64,000 bases of DNA from Octopus vulgaris (Eukaryota), in assembly GCA_951406725.2 (NCBI GenBank), contig OX597816.1, positions 70,432,001 through 70,496,000 on the forward strand, written 5' to 3'. This document shows, in pieces, positions 13,522 through 25,736 of the stretch. Position numbers and translations under genes: made by a program. Each line of letters starts with the position of its first letter. Within the stretch, counting starts at the first letter, position 1. The notes beneath the pieces are model-generated. The model saw only the letters and a program-made list of their open reading frames with translations. It was not told the DNA's origin and did no database searches.

Positions 13522-14177
13522 AAGAACTCATAGTATGGTAGAATTCATAGCCACTCATAATAAAAAGGATTACTGAGGGAATGTTCCAGTGAAAATCTTA
13601 ATAAAATGTAAGCATAACAAACCTGACATGGTAATTTGGGATAGAGAAGAGAAACTGTGCACAGTTGCGGAAATCAGTTGCTCAGTAGATGTTAAGATAA
13701 ACCTAACGATTAGCGAAAAAGAAAATACCTACGCTGAACTATTGAGGAATCTACACCTACTCTATCCAGATTACCAAGTTCAGGTTTATACCGGTAATTA
13801 CTGGAACACTGGGATATGTTACACACTGCCCAAATACCAATCTTGAGAAATTAAACTTCTCAGAACCAGAAAGGAGAAAGCTGATTCGAAGATAACAGAT
13901 CCAAGCCATCACTGGAAGTGTAAAAATCTGTAAAACTTGCCAGAAGTTTATCATTTAAGTACATATGAACATGTCTAGACATGCAACAATATCCATGAGA
14001 ATACATACATAAAACAAAACAGCGAAAGCTGCACATATACATCCATTCATACAAAAATACCCTGATGATGTCGATGAAAAATTCCAATGAAGGAGCCTTG
14101 GATCTAGGTTAGAAACCAGCTCTTTCTCTATTGGCAAGAAATCTTGAAATAAATCTTGAAGTAAAACTGAATAACGA
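13522..14177 (+). mobile_element. 3' fragment (RLE domain plus 3'UTR) of a (CATA)n-associated retrotransposon
   Basis: KHNKPDMVIWDREEKLCTVAEISC..EKENTYAELLRNLHLLYPDY, frameshift, KFRFIPVITGTLGYV..QIQAITGSVKICKT; (CATA)n at both ends. Confidence 0.85.
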
Positions 14178-14274
14178 CATACATACATAAGTATATGTAT
14201 ATACTTATTGATATATGCTTATTTATATATACATTTATGCAATTCTATATATATGCATGTATATATACACACAC

Positions 14275-14325
<51 letters not shown>

Positions 14326-14772
14326 CATATACATATATTCATATATAAAAATGAATAAATATTCAAAAGATATTTATATAGATATTATTAATTATTATTA
14401 GTAGTAGTAGTAGTACAATAATAACTACAATAATGTAAGTGGCCAGCAAGCAAAAGCCGATAAATGGCAAATCCAAAATGTCCATAATTAATTTATACTT
14501 TTAACAGGGCGCAGGAAGTGCCGACATTGGTGTAAAAATCAGAGTCGAAAATTCCTCTAATAAACCACCAATCACTGGAAATACAATATGCATAACAGAA
14601 ATCGGGCGACTAACAAAGAAATTAACTTACCATCTCGACGGAAAGCCGCAGAATGAGGCAATAGATATCCCTGGATCAAATGATTTCAAATTTTGGGATT
14701 AACTCCCTTGTCTGTACCTCACGTGCCCTATTATAATTATAAATACATATATATGTGTGTGTATGTGTATGT

Positions 14773-14811
<39 letters not shown>

Positions 14812-15756
14812 TATATATATGTATGCATATATATTTATTTATATATAAATGTATTCACCTATAAGTGTATGTGTATGTATATATGTAAGTAGGTATATGC
14901 AGGTACATTATGTGTGTATATCTGAATAAATATGTGTGTACGTGTGCTTGTGCGTGCGTGTATGTGTATGTCTGTGTGTATGTGTGTGTGTGCATGTGTG
15001 TGTGCGCGTGTATGTACACGCACATACATACCCAGAAGGAGAAAGAGAGAAAGAGGTTACGTTTTTATTCACATGTTTTATCATCTATCCTTTGTGAAAG
15101 TAAACATTCGATTCTTTGGTTTTGTTTTCGTTTTATATTGTATCCGTTCTTTTTATTGCTGTAATATTTTTGCGTTGTTTTCATTCTTTCAGAAACTATT
15201 TTACTTTCATACATACAAAACACAGAATGACAAATGTCTGGTATTAAGTTAGCATTGCTTTCTTGTGATTACTCACTCTGTCACTTTTCTAAATATAATC
15301 AATTTTTCAACTCCAATTATCTACTAGGTACTGTTTTGTCTCTAACTAAAAATAACTTTTGCTTTGTTTCTCACTTAGAAAACGTTTGTTGGTGATATTT
15401 TGCTATTTTGAAAGGCAATAGAGTTATTATTCTGTAGTTTAATAATGCTCAGCTTTACGATAAGAACGCAGCCATTACTGAGATGTCGTCTGCAAAATTT
15501 CATACATTTCATACACTGCATGTATTAGTGTAAAGCAACGCTAGAGTATTGTATAAGATCTATTCGATGATAAAGTTGAGAGTATCAGAGAATTCGGGCT
15601 GGTTTTGTTGTTATTGTTATGGATTTAATATCGAAATAATCTAAACATAATTAGTCACATCGAAAGGATTTACATTCAGAACGTAAAGACATGTAACTAA
15701 AGGGCAAGAAAGCTGTGTCTATCAAATTACTATCCTAGCAATAATTATACTTTTTA

Positions 15757-15830
<74 letters not shown>

Positions 15831-15835
15831 TGATG

Positions 15836-15908
<73 letters not shown>
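15757..15908. repeat. (AAT)n target array
   Basis: Seen directly. Confidence 0.95.
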
Positions 15909-15913
<5 letters not shown>

Positions 15914-18671
15914 GCCTTCTTGGCAAGAGCGTCTGCAACAACAAATTAAAATATTTAGATCTGACATTGAATATTTGAAAAACCTTAAGGCTCACAAGAT
16001 TACCAAACCTACAAAAACCCCAAAATTACTGAAAAAATACAATATGAAAACTATACTTGATATTGATGCCACCATAGAAACCATCAAACAAAAGGTATCT
16101 GCCAAAGCTGCCCGCATAGCGAGGTATGAAAAGCGTGTTAGATTTTTCAAGGACAACAACATGTTCAAAAATAACACCAAGAATTTTTACAGGAAGATAG
16201 GAAAAACAGCGTTTACTGCAGGGTCTGTACCATCAAAAGAAGAAGTGCAGAGATTTTGGAATAAAATCTGGGCAGAAGAAAAAACACACAACGAAAAGGC
16301 TCCCTGGATTGACAGAATATCTACAGAACTGGACCCCTTAGAAGAGCAAAAGTGGGAGGGTGTCAAGGTAGAAGATATAAGATCTGCTCTCAGGAGGTCA
16401 AGCAAATGGAAGTCTCCAGGAAAGGATAAAATTCCTAACTTCTGGCTGAATGCCTTCCCAGAGAGCCATGAACTGCTAACAGAACTGTACAATGATGTTT
16501 TGCAACACCCTAGTAGGATGCCTCCTTGGCTAGTTAATGGGTTAACATTCCTGCTTCCAAAAAGTGAAGAAACAAATGAACCAAAAAACTATAGACCCAT
16601 AACCTGCTTAACAACTATGTACAAAACACTAACATCTGTCCTGACGGAATATACCTATAGTTTTTTAACAGACAGCAGCATATACCCTAATGAACAGAAA
16701 GGATGTAAACGTGGATCCTACGGCTGTAAAGACCAACTACTCATCAATAAGATGATCTTAGAAGATTGTCACAAACGACACAAAAACTTATCAATAGCCT
16801 GGATAGACTATAAAAAGGCTTTTGATAGCCTACCACATAGCTGGATTAGGAAATGCCTTGAAATGTATAAGATAGCACCAACTCTGCGAAACTTCTTGAC
16901 TGTAAGTATGAGATCATGGAGAACCACACTAACTCTGAACAGTGACAGTGAATCCCTAAATGCTGGTGATGTAAAAATTTCGTGTGGCATTTTCCAGGGT
17001 GACTCACTGTCACCACTCCTCTTTTGTTTATCCTTAATACCTCTCTCAAAGCTGCTCAATGACGCGCAGTACGGGTATAAAATGTTTGATAAAAATATAA
17101 ATCATCTCGTTTACATGGATGATTTAAAGCTTTTTGCAAAAAATGATCAACAACTCAAGGGCTTACTAGCGATAGTCAAACAATTCAGTGACGACATCAG
17201 AATGCAATTCGGCCTCGATAAATGTGCAAAGGCTACCTTTATCAAAGGAAAAATGACAGAAACATCTAACGTTAACCTTGACCAACAGAATGTCATAAAA
17301 GAACTAGACCCAGCGGAGAGCTACAAGTACCTAGGGATAATTGAAGGGAACGGAATAAGGCATTCAGAGATGAAGGAAAGGATCAGGAGAGAATGCTATC
17401 GAAGAGTGAGAGCAATACTCAAGACTGAGCTGAATGCAAGAAACAGGATCGAAGCAATCAATGCATTAGCTATACTAGTCGTGACTTACAGTTTCAATAT
17501 TGTTAACTGGTCAATTACTGAAATATGTCAGCTCGACAGAAAAATAAGGAAACTGTTGACAATGCATAGAATGCACCACCCTAAGGCAGATACAGAACGA
17601 CTCTATCTGCCAAGAAAAGAGGGAGGCCGTGGTCTTTTGCAACTGGCAATAACAATGAAGATTGCTACAATTGGCCTAGACACCTACCTGAAAAACTCTG
17701 AGGACTGGATGCTAAAACTTGTCTCAAAACATGAAAACAAGAAAGCATCATACTCAGTCACAAAACAGGCAAAGGAATATCTAAGTGAACTCCGAATACA
17801 ACCAATTTCGGAATTAGAGATAGATATACAAGAAACAAGCACAGAAAAAGCTAGGCGCATGAAAACCCGTGCCAAAACTGCGGCCTTAGATATTCTGAAT
17901 AATAAATGGCAAGAAAAACCTCTCTATGGCAAATACCCAAAGAGAGCGAATAATGCAGATATCGACAAAGCCCTGACCCATCAATGGCTAATGGCCTCTG
18001 GCTTAAAATCTGAAACAGAGGGGTTTATCATAGCAGCTCAAGATCAATGCCTACCAACAAGAAACTACCAGGCCAACATATTAAAGATCAGAAGCAGTCC
18101 AACGTGTCGTGTATGCAAGCAACAAAATGAAACCATTGACCATGTGGTCTCCAAGTGCAGTCTTCTAGCGCCTACAGAGTATCTCAACAGGCACGATAGA
18201 GCTGCACAATATATTCACTGGGTAATCTGTAAAAACCTGGATTTGCCCCATGAAAAAAACTGGTGGGAACACAAACCACCCCCAGTGCTTGAAAATGACC
18301 ACATCTCACTCCTCTGGAACTTCACCATTCAAACTGACAGGAAGATAGATGCAAATAGGCCAGACATCATATTGAAAAACTTCAAACAAAGAACATGCCT
18401 CCTCATTGATATGACTGTCCCAATCGATATAAACGTATCTGTCAAGACCTACCAAAAACTGAGCAAATATAAAGATCTTGAAATAGAAATCAGCAAAATG
18501 TGGAAGCTGAAGACTAAAACAATACCTGTTGTCATAGGTGCCCTGGGAATGATAGCAAAAGGGGCTGATAGCTACCTAACTCAGATACCAGGAAACCCAA
18601 AAATGGCAGAAGTTCAAAAGATAGTGCTCATGGGAACTGCTCATATCCTACGCAAAATACTCTCTATGTAA
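15909..18671 (+). CDS. RT - CCHC - restriction-like endonuclease polyprotein (5'-truncated, frame intact)
   Basis: Frame is open from 15909 (KKPSWQERL). Motifs KSPGKD, NYRPITCL, IDYKKAFDS, GIFQGDSLSP, YMDD, YKYLG, GGRGL, CRVC-x8-H-x4-C, RHD, RPDII..LLIDMTVP..KLSKY. No native start codon or N-terminal Myb domain. Confidence 0.92.
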
Positions 18672-18892
18672 TCTCAAGGTTTAAAACAAACATAATTTTC
18701 GGTTTAAAAAAAAAAAAAAAAAAAAACCTTTTTTTTTTTTTTAGACATTCATTAGTACAACATCCCCACCCCCCAAATATATGGCACACTAGGCATAACA
18801 ACAACATGAACTTCCAACCCTGTTGTCTCTTGAGGTCTCTGGGTGAGACTTGGAGCCAACTTGTACAAATATAAAGCAAAAGTCAAACATAG
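15909..18892 (+). mobile_element. R4/Dong-like RLE non-LTR retrotransposon, family A copy 1 (5'-truncated)
   Basis: Single ORF plus ~220 bp 3'UTR, bounded by (AAT)n on both sides. Confidence 0.92.
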
Positions 18893-18913
18893 AATAATAA
18901 TAATAATAATAAC

Positions 18914-19470
18914 TGCCCTGATGCAGTACCAGGCAGTGGCTCTCATGGCTTCTGATCTTAACTGATTGGAAGTATTATCATGTACATTGTTTTGTCTTGG
19001 TATAAAAGATGGGCTACAGCAAATATTCTGCTCAATACCACAGTTTTGCCTTGTCAGTTGTTTGACCTTAACCAGTTGAGCATGTCCCTTAGAGGCTAAC
19101 GATGTGTGCATCTCTGATCACGAGCAGAAGTAGTGGGGGAGCATCATAGCCGTATGTTGAAAGGAATTCTTTGGGGTTTGAATAATTCACCTCTAGAAAC
19201 ATATGTGTTTCGTTCAACATCCTTAAATAACCCTTATTCAGGGACCTTTTGAGCGGGATGTATTGCTCGACCTGAAGAAAATTCTACCTGGGCCCCACCC
19301 GCAAGGTCATGTGCTGTTTATCTAGATATGAGATCACCATGTCCCGCACATATTGTTGTGATGCATGTGCCTAGTGTACCCTTATCAGACGGGTAGTCAT
19401 GATGGATATACTGGGCTTCGTATATTTTACCCCAGTGTCACTTTGATGGCATGCACTGCTCTTTCACTCA
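18914..19470 (+). mobile_element. TAA-associated non-coding element, apparently full length
   Basis: Lies between (AAT)n tracts; its two ends match those of other copies (tgccctgatgca ... cactca). Confidence 0.88.
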
Positions 19471-19493
19471 ATAATAATAATGATAATAATAAT

Positions 19494-19540
<47 letters not shown>

Positions 19541-19542
<2 letters not shown>

Positions 19543-21692
19543 TCAATAGCCTGGATAGACTATAAAAAGGCTTCTGATAGCCAAACTTATCAATAGCCTG
19601 GATAGACTATAAAAAGGCTTTTGATAGCCTACCACATAGCTGGATTAGGAAATGCCTTGAAATGTATAAGATAGCACCAACTCTGCGAAACTTCTTGACT
19701 GTAAGTATGAGATCATGGAGAACCACACTAACTCTGAACAGTGACAGTGAATCCCTAAATGCTGGTGATGTAAAAATTTCGTGTGGCATTTTCCAGGGTG
19801 ACTCACTGTCACCACTCCTCTTTTGTTTATCCTTAATACCTCTCTCAAAGCTGCTCAATGACGCGCAGTACGGGTATAAAATGTTTGATAAAAATATAAA
19901 TCATCTCGTTTACATGGATGATTTAAAGCTTTTTGCAAAAAATGATCAACAACTCAAGGGCTTACTAGCGATAGTCAAACAATTCAGTGACGACATCAGA
20001 ATGCAATTCGGCCTCGATAAATGTGCAAAGGCTACCTTTATCAAAGGAAAAATGACAGAAACATCTAACGTTAACCTTGACCAACAGAATGTCATAAAAG
20101 AACTAGACCCAGCGGAGAGCTACAAGTACCTAGGGATAATTGAAGGGAACGGAATAAGGCATTCAGAGATGAAGGAAAGGATCAGGAGAGAATGCTATCG
20201 AAGAGTGAGAGCAATACTCAAGACTGAGCTGAATGCAAGAAACAGGATCGAAGCAATCAATGCATTAGCTATACTAGTCGTGACTTACAGTTTCAATATT
20301 GTTAACTGGTCAATTACTGAAATATGTCAGCTCGACAGAAAAATAAGGAAACTGTTGACAATGCATAGAATGCACCACCCTAAGGCAGATACAGAACGAC
20401 TCTATCTGCCAAGAAAAGAGGGAGGCCGTGGTCTTTTGCAACTGGCAATAACAATGAAGATTGCTACAATTGGCCTAGACACCTACCTGAAAAACTCTGA
20501 GGACTGGATGCTAAAACTTGTCTCAAAACATGAAAACAAGGAAGCATCATACTCAGTCACAAAACAGGCAAAGGAATATCTAAGTGAATTCCGAATACAA
20601 CCAATTTCGGAATTAGAGATAGATATACAAGAAACAAGCACAGAAAAAGCTAGGCGCATGAAAACCCGTGCCAAAACTGCGGCCTTAGATATTCTGAATA
20701 ATAAATGGCAAGAAAAACCTCTCTATGGCAAATACCCAAAGAGAGCGAATAATGCAGATATCGACAAAGCCCTGACCCATCAATGGCTAATGGCCTCTGG
20801 CTTAAAATCTGAAACAGAGGGGTTTATCATAGCAGCTCAAGATCAATGCCTACCAACAAGAAACTACCAGGCCAACATATTAAAGATCAGAAGCAGTCCA
20901 ACGTGTCGTGTATGCAAGCAACAAAATGAAACCATTGACCATGTGGTCTCCAAGTGCAGTCTTCTAGCGCCTACAGAGTATCTCAACAGGCACGATAGAG
21001 CTGCACAATATATTCACTGGGTAATCTGTAAAAACCTGGATTTGCCCCATGAAAAAAACTGGTGGGAACACAAACCACCCCCAGTGCTTGAAAATGACCA
21101 CATCTCACTCCTCTGGAACTTCACCATTCAAACTGACAGGAAGATAGATGCAAATAGGCCAGACATCATATTGAAAAACTTCAAACAAAGAACATGCCTC
21201 CTCATTGATATGACTGTCCCAATCGATATAAACGTATCTGTCAAGACCTACCAAAAACTGAGCAAATATAAAGATCTTGAAATAGAAATCAGCAAAATGT
21301 GGAAGCTGAAGACTAAAACAATACCTGTTGTCATAGGTGCCCTGGGAATGATAGCAAAAGGGGCTGATAGCTACCTAACTCAGATACCAGGAAACCCAAA
21401 AATGGCAGAAGTTCAAAAGATAGTGCTCATGGGAACTGCTCATATCCTACGCAAAATACTCTCTATGTAATCTCAAGGTTTAAAACAAACATAATTTTCG
21501 GTTTAAAAAAAAAAAAAAAAAAAAAACCTTTTTTTTTTTTTTTAGACATTCATTAGTACAACATCCCCACCCCCCAAATATATGGCACACTAGGCATAAC
21601 AACAACATGAACTTCCAACCCTGTTGTCTCTTGAGGTCTCTGGGTGAGACTTGGAGCCAACTTGTACAAATATAAAGCAAAAGTCAAACATA

Positions 21693-21693
<1 letters not shown>
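19541..21693 (+). mobile_element. R4/Dong-like element, family A copy 2 (5'-truncated, 42 bp duplication at the 5' junction)
   Basis: 19583-21470 matches 16784-18671 at offset 2799; (AAT)n flanks. Confidence 0.92.
19662..21470 (+). CDS. C-terminal 602 aa of the family A polyprotein (partial RT, CCHC, RLE)
   Basis: Identical to copy 1 in translation except K>E (20541) and L>F (20589). Confidence 0.88.
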   Translation: MYKIAPTLRNFLTVSMRSWRTTLTLNSDSESLNAGDVKISCGIFQGDSLSPLLFCLSLIPLSKLLNDAQYGYKMFDKNINHLVYMDDLKLFAKNDQQLKGLLAIVKQFSDDIRMQFGLDKCAKATFIKGKMTETSNVNLDQQNVIKELDPAESYKYLGIIEGNGIRHSEMKERIRRECYRRVRAILKTELNARNRIEAINALAILVVTYSFNIVNWSITEICQLDRKIRKLLTMHRMHHPKADTERLYLPRKEGGRGLLQLAITMKIATIGLDTYLKNSEDWMLKLVSKHENKEASYSVTKQAKEYLSEFRIQPISELEIDIQETSTEKARRMKTRAKTAALDILNNKWQEKPLYGKYPKRANNADIDKALTHQWLMASGLKSETEGFIIAAQDQCLPTRNYQANILKIRSSPTCRVCKQQNETIDHVVSKCSLLAPTEYLNRHDRAAQYIHWVICKNLDLPHEKNWWEHKPPPVLENDHISLLWNFTIQTDRKIDANRPDIILKNFKQRTCLLIDMTVPIDINVSVKTYQKLSKYKDLEIEISKMWKLKTKTIPVVIGALGMIAKGADSYLTQIPGNPKMAEVQKIVLMGTAHILRKILSM

Positions 21694-21751
<58 letters not shown>

Positions 21752-21787
21752 TTAATAATAACAACAATAATAATAACAATAATAATA

Positions 21788-21853
<66 letters not shown>

Positions 21854-21924
21854 TCTAATTTTAACTCAAGCCAAGCAATTTCGAGAGATGATAACTGAAG
21901 TTCATCTTTAACAGTTTTTAATTA

Positions 21925-22275
21925 GTACTTTATTTCATTGATTCCGAAGTATGAAAGGTAAAGCTAAGCTCAGCGGGTTTCGAACTAAGGAAGTAAAGAG
22001 TCGGAAGAAACACCGTTAAGTATTTTGTTTGATGTGCTAACCATTCTACCAGCTCACCGCCTTTTCTCCTGGTGGTTTAACATTTTGGAACAAGGCCAGC
22101 AATTTCGAGTGGCTAGGATTAGTTGATACCTCACTGATAATTTATTTCATCAACTCTGGATGTATGAAAGGTTAAGTTGGTCTCGGTGGAATTTGAACTC
22201 AGAATGTAAGGATTGAAAGAATATCCCGCAGAATATTTCTTGCCATTCTTTTACAGATCCACTACCAAGCCACCT
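21925..22275 (-). mobile_element. Degenerate family 1 SINE copies
   Basis: gaaaggtaaag..cgaact and ctcggtggaatttgaactcagaatgtaa motifs. Confidence 0.6.
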
Positions 22276-22304
22276 TTTTAAATAATGATAATGATAATAA
22301 TAAT

Positions 22305-24869
22305 AAAGTTCTACCAAGAACTTGGCAAAAATAAAATAGAAATTACTGCAGCACCAACGGCAGAAGAATTGGAAGAATTCTGGAGAGAAATATGGTCGGC
22401 GAACGAACAACCAAAAAAAGGAGTATTAAAACAACAAACTCAGCATCTGAGCAACTTTGGACCCCCATAACAACTGAAGAGGTTATCCAGGCACTGCAAA
22501 GACTAAGCAACTGGAAGGCACCTGGGCATGACAAGATCCCCAACTTCTGGTTGAAATATCTAACAGGAATGCACAAAAAGCTGGCTGAAAATTTTAACAA
22601 CATACTAGCAGAGCCAGAGACAATGCCCGAATGGCTCACGAAGGGGAAAACCATCTTAATTCCCAAATCAAATGAGACAGCAAAATCGGAAAACTACAGA
22701 CCAATAACCTGTCTCCCTACAATGTACAAGGCATTTACTGCAGTGATATCGCAAAGGTTGAACAAGCACCTGGACGAAAACAACCTGTTTCCAGAAGAGC
22801 AGAAAGGATGCCGCAAAGGCTCATATGGCCGTAAAGATCAACTAATGATTAATAAAGCCATAACTGAAGACAGCCACAGAAAGAAGAAAGGCCTCAGTAT
22901 GGCCTGGATCGACAACAAAAAGGCATTTGATAGCATCCCCCACACATGGATCCTCGAAACACTAGCCATTAACAAAGTAGTACCAACAATTATAAAATTC
23001 ATAGAGCACTCTATGAATAAATGGCAAACAGTGCTACAGCTCCAAACAAAAGAGGGACTCGTGAAAACCAAAGACATCCCCATTAGAAGAGGAATATTCC
23101 AAGGAGACACGCTCTCTCCACTCCTTTTCTGCTTGGCACTGTCACCTCTATTTGATATGCTAAATAGAACTGGATGCGGATATAAATTTTACGGCAAAAC
23201 AATCAGCCACCTTTTATATATGGATGACCTAAAACTATACGCTGCAAATGACAAATAGCTGGAAACATTATTAAAGACATTTCATGGATTTACCAAAGAA
23301 ATAGATATGAAATTTGGATTAGAAAAATGCGCCAAAGTAACCATGAAAAGAGGAAAACTAGTTAAGAGTAGCAACATCACACTAGATAAAACCAATGAAA
23401 TATAAGAATTAGACCAAAGCCAAACATATAAATACTTAGGAATCCATGAACTAGATAAGACACAACACACACAAATAAAAGAGAAAATAAAAAAGAATAT
23501 TATAGACGAGTTAGGTCAATACTAAAAACAGAGCTCAATGCTAAAAACAAGATAATAGGTATTAACACTTTAGCTGTCCCAGTTATAAGTTACAGCTACA
23601 ATATCCTTAACTGGACACTAAATGAACTGACCAAAATAGATAGGAAAACAAGAAAAATAATGACAGGATCTAGGATGCATCACCCAAAATCTGACATAGA
23701 AAGACTATATATACAACGTATAGAAGGTGGTAGAGGCCTTATACAGCTGGAAAACTACTATAAAATAACCACCGTAGGACAGCAAAAATATCTACTTCAG
23801 AAGGAAGGAAAACTGATACAAAAAGCGGCAAAACACGAGCAAAACAAAAAACTGTTCTCAGTATTTAAGGAAGCTGACAAATACAAACAAGAAATCATAC
23901 CACCTAATAAATATGAAGAACAAGAAGAAGATGAAGAAACAACAAAAGCTATAAAACAAATGAAATCCAAACTAAAAATAGAACAGCAACGAACCATGAT
24001 AAAACGATGGCAAGAAAAGCCCCTTCATGGTAAATACTGCACTAAACTAAACGCAAAAGAAATAGACAAAGAAAGATCCCAGCAATGATTGAGAAGCTCA
24101 GGACTCAAGGCAGAGACAGAGGGATTTTTAATTGCAGGCACAAGACCAAAGCCTCCCCACCAGAAATTACCAAAAACATGTAATGAAAAGAAATATAACA
24201 AGTAACTGCAGAATATGTGGAGATGGACAAGAAACAATAAATCATATTATCTCTGGCTGCCCAGTCCTGGCTAAGAAGGAATATATTCACAGACATGACA
24301 GAGTTGGAACCTACATACACTGGAAGCTATGCCAACATTATGGAATAGCAACTGAAAAAAGATAGTATAGGCACACACTTAGAAAAGGTCACAGAAAACG
24401 AGAAAGCAACCATACTCTGGGATATGCCGATACACACGGATAGAGAAATTAAGGCCAACAGACCAGATATAGTTGTCAGAGATCAAGAAGAAAAAAATGC
24501 TTTCTAATTGATGTATCAATACCGGCAGATGACAACGTGTCTCTAAAAGAAATGGAGAAACTTTCAAAATACAAAGACCTGGAAATAGAGGTAACCAGAA
24601 TGTGGAATCTAAAAACAGAAACAATTCCTATCATAGTAGGTGCATTAGGCATGATAAAAAAATATTCAGACAAATGCATAACAAAAACACCAGGACTTAC
24701 AACACATATAACATACAGAAAATTGCACTACTAGGCACTGCACACATCCTACGCAGAACACTTTCCATACAATAACCATCAGAGCATCACAACAAATTAC
24801 AGCACATACCTAAGGCACACAGAGCTGCGCTCGGTAGTGAAGTGAAAGCACGCTATAAAAATAAAACTA

Positions 24870-24872
<3 letters not shown>
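22305..24872 (+). mobile_element. R4/Dong-like element, family B (5'-truncated, disrupted by stops and frameshifts)
   Basis: KAPGHD, NYRPITCL, GIFQGDTLSP, YMDD followed by TAG at 23256, CRIC..H..C, RHD, RPDIV, GTAHILRRTLS; (AAT)n flanks. Confidence 0.92.
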
Positions 24873-24966
<94 letters not shown>

Positions 24967-24967
<1 letters not shown>

Positions 24968-25619
24968 GACATGACAGAGTTGGCCAATATCTCCACTGGC
25001 TAATAAGTCGGCATTACAACATCAAAACTGCCGACAAGTGGTATAATCACCACCCTGAGGCTGTAACTGAAGGAGAAAATGTAACGATTCTGTGGGACTT
25101 TCCAGTACATACAGACCGAACCATCAAGGCCAATAAACCAGATATTGTTGTGAAAGACCAAAACAATAAAGTTTGCTTATTGATTGACATGAGCATCCCC
25201 TGTGATCATAATATCTCAGCGAAAGAGTTTGACAAGCTCAGAAAATATAAAGACCTACTCATTGAAATTGAGAAAATGTGGCATCTCAAGGCGGTTACAA
25301 TACCAGTGATCGTAGGATCACTAGGAATGATCAAGAAGGGAACCGAAAATTATATGAGAATGATCCCTGGCTTACCATCCCTGCAAGAAGTGCAAAAGAT
25401 TGTCTTAACTGGTACATCACACGTATTGAGAAGAGCATTGTCGATGTGAGAATTATTACTACCCATGTACTTTAATTTAACTTAAAAAATTGAAAAAAAT
25501 GAACGAACTATTGAGTTTAGTTTAATGGCCTACCAATGTATACTATGAGTTTATTTGCCCTAGGAGTTGGGAAGACACTCGGCAAGAAATGGAAGCAAAT
25601 TTGAAAGAAGAAAACAAAA

Positions 25620-25620
<1 letters not shown>
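24967..25620 (+). mobile_element. R4/Dong-like element, family C (3' fragment: RHD, RLE, 3'UTR)
   Basis: Open frame 24967-25449: RHDRVGQYLHW..NKPDIVVKD..LLIDMSIP..KLRKYKDL..GTSHVLRRALSM*; (AAT)n on both sides. Confidence 0.9.
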
Positions 25621-25700
<80 letters not shown>

Positions 25701-25736
25701 GTAATAATAATGATAATAATAATAATAATAGTAGTA

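Noticed and set aside
14060-14085. ctgatga...gaaa as a hammerhead in the CATA-family 3'UTR
   Set aside because: No proper stem II, and the homologous copy near 27810-27827 reads ctgttga.
15757-15974. Poly-Asn N-terminal fusion from the AAT array into the family A ORF
   Set aside because: The array reads TAA (stop) in the ORF frame at 15903-15908.
15975-18671. Reading the RT as a retron, group II intron, DGR or telomerase
   Set aside because: The RT-CCHC-RHD-PD..D..K architecture, 5' truncation and repeat tail identify an R4-clade non-LTR retrotransposon.
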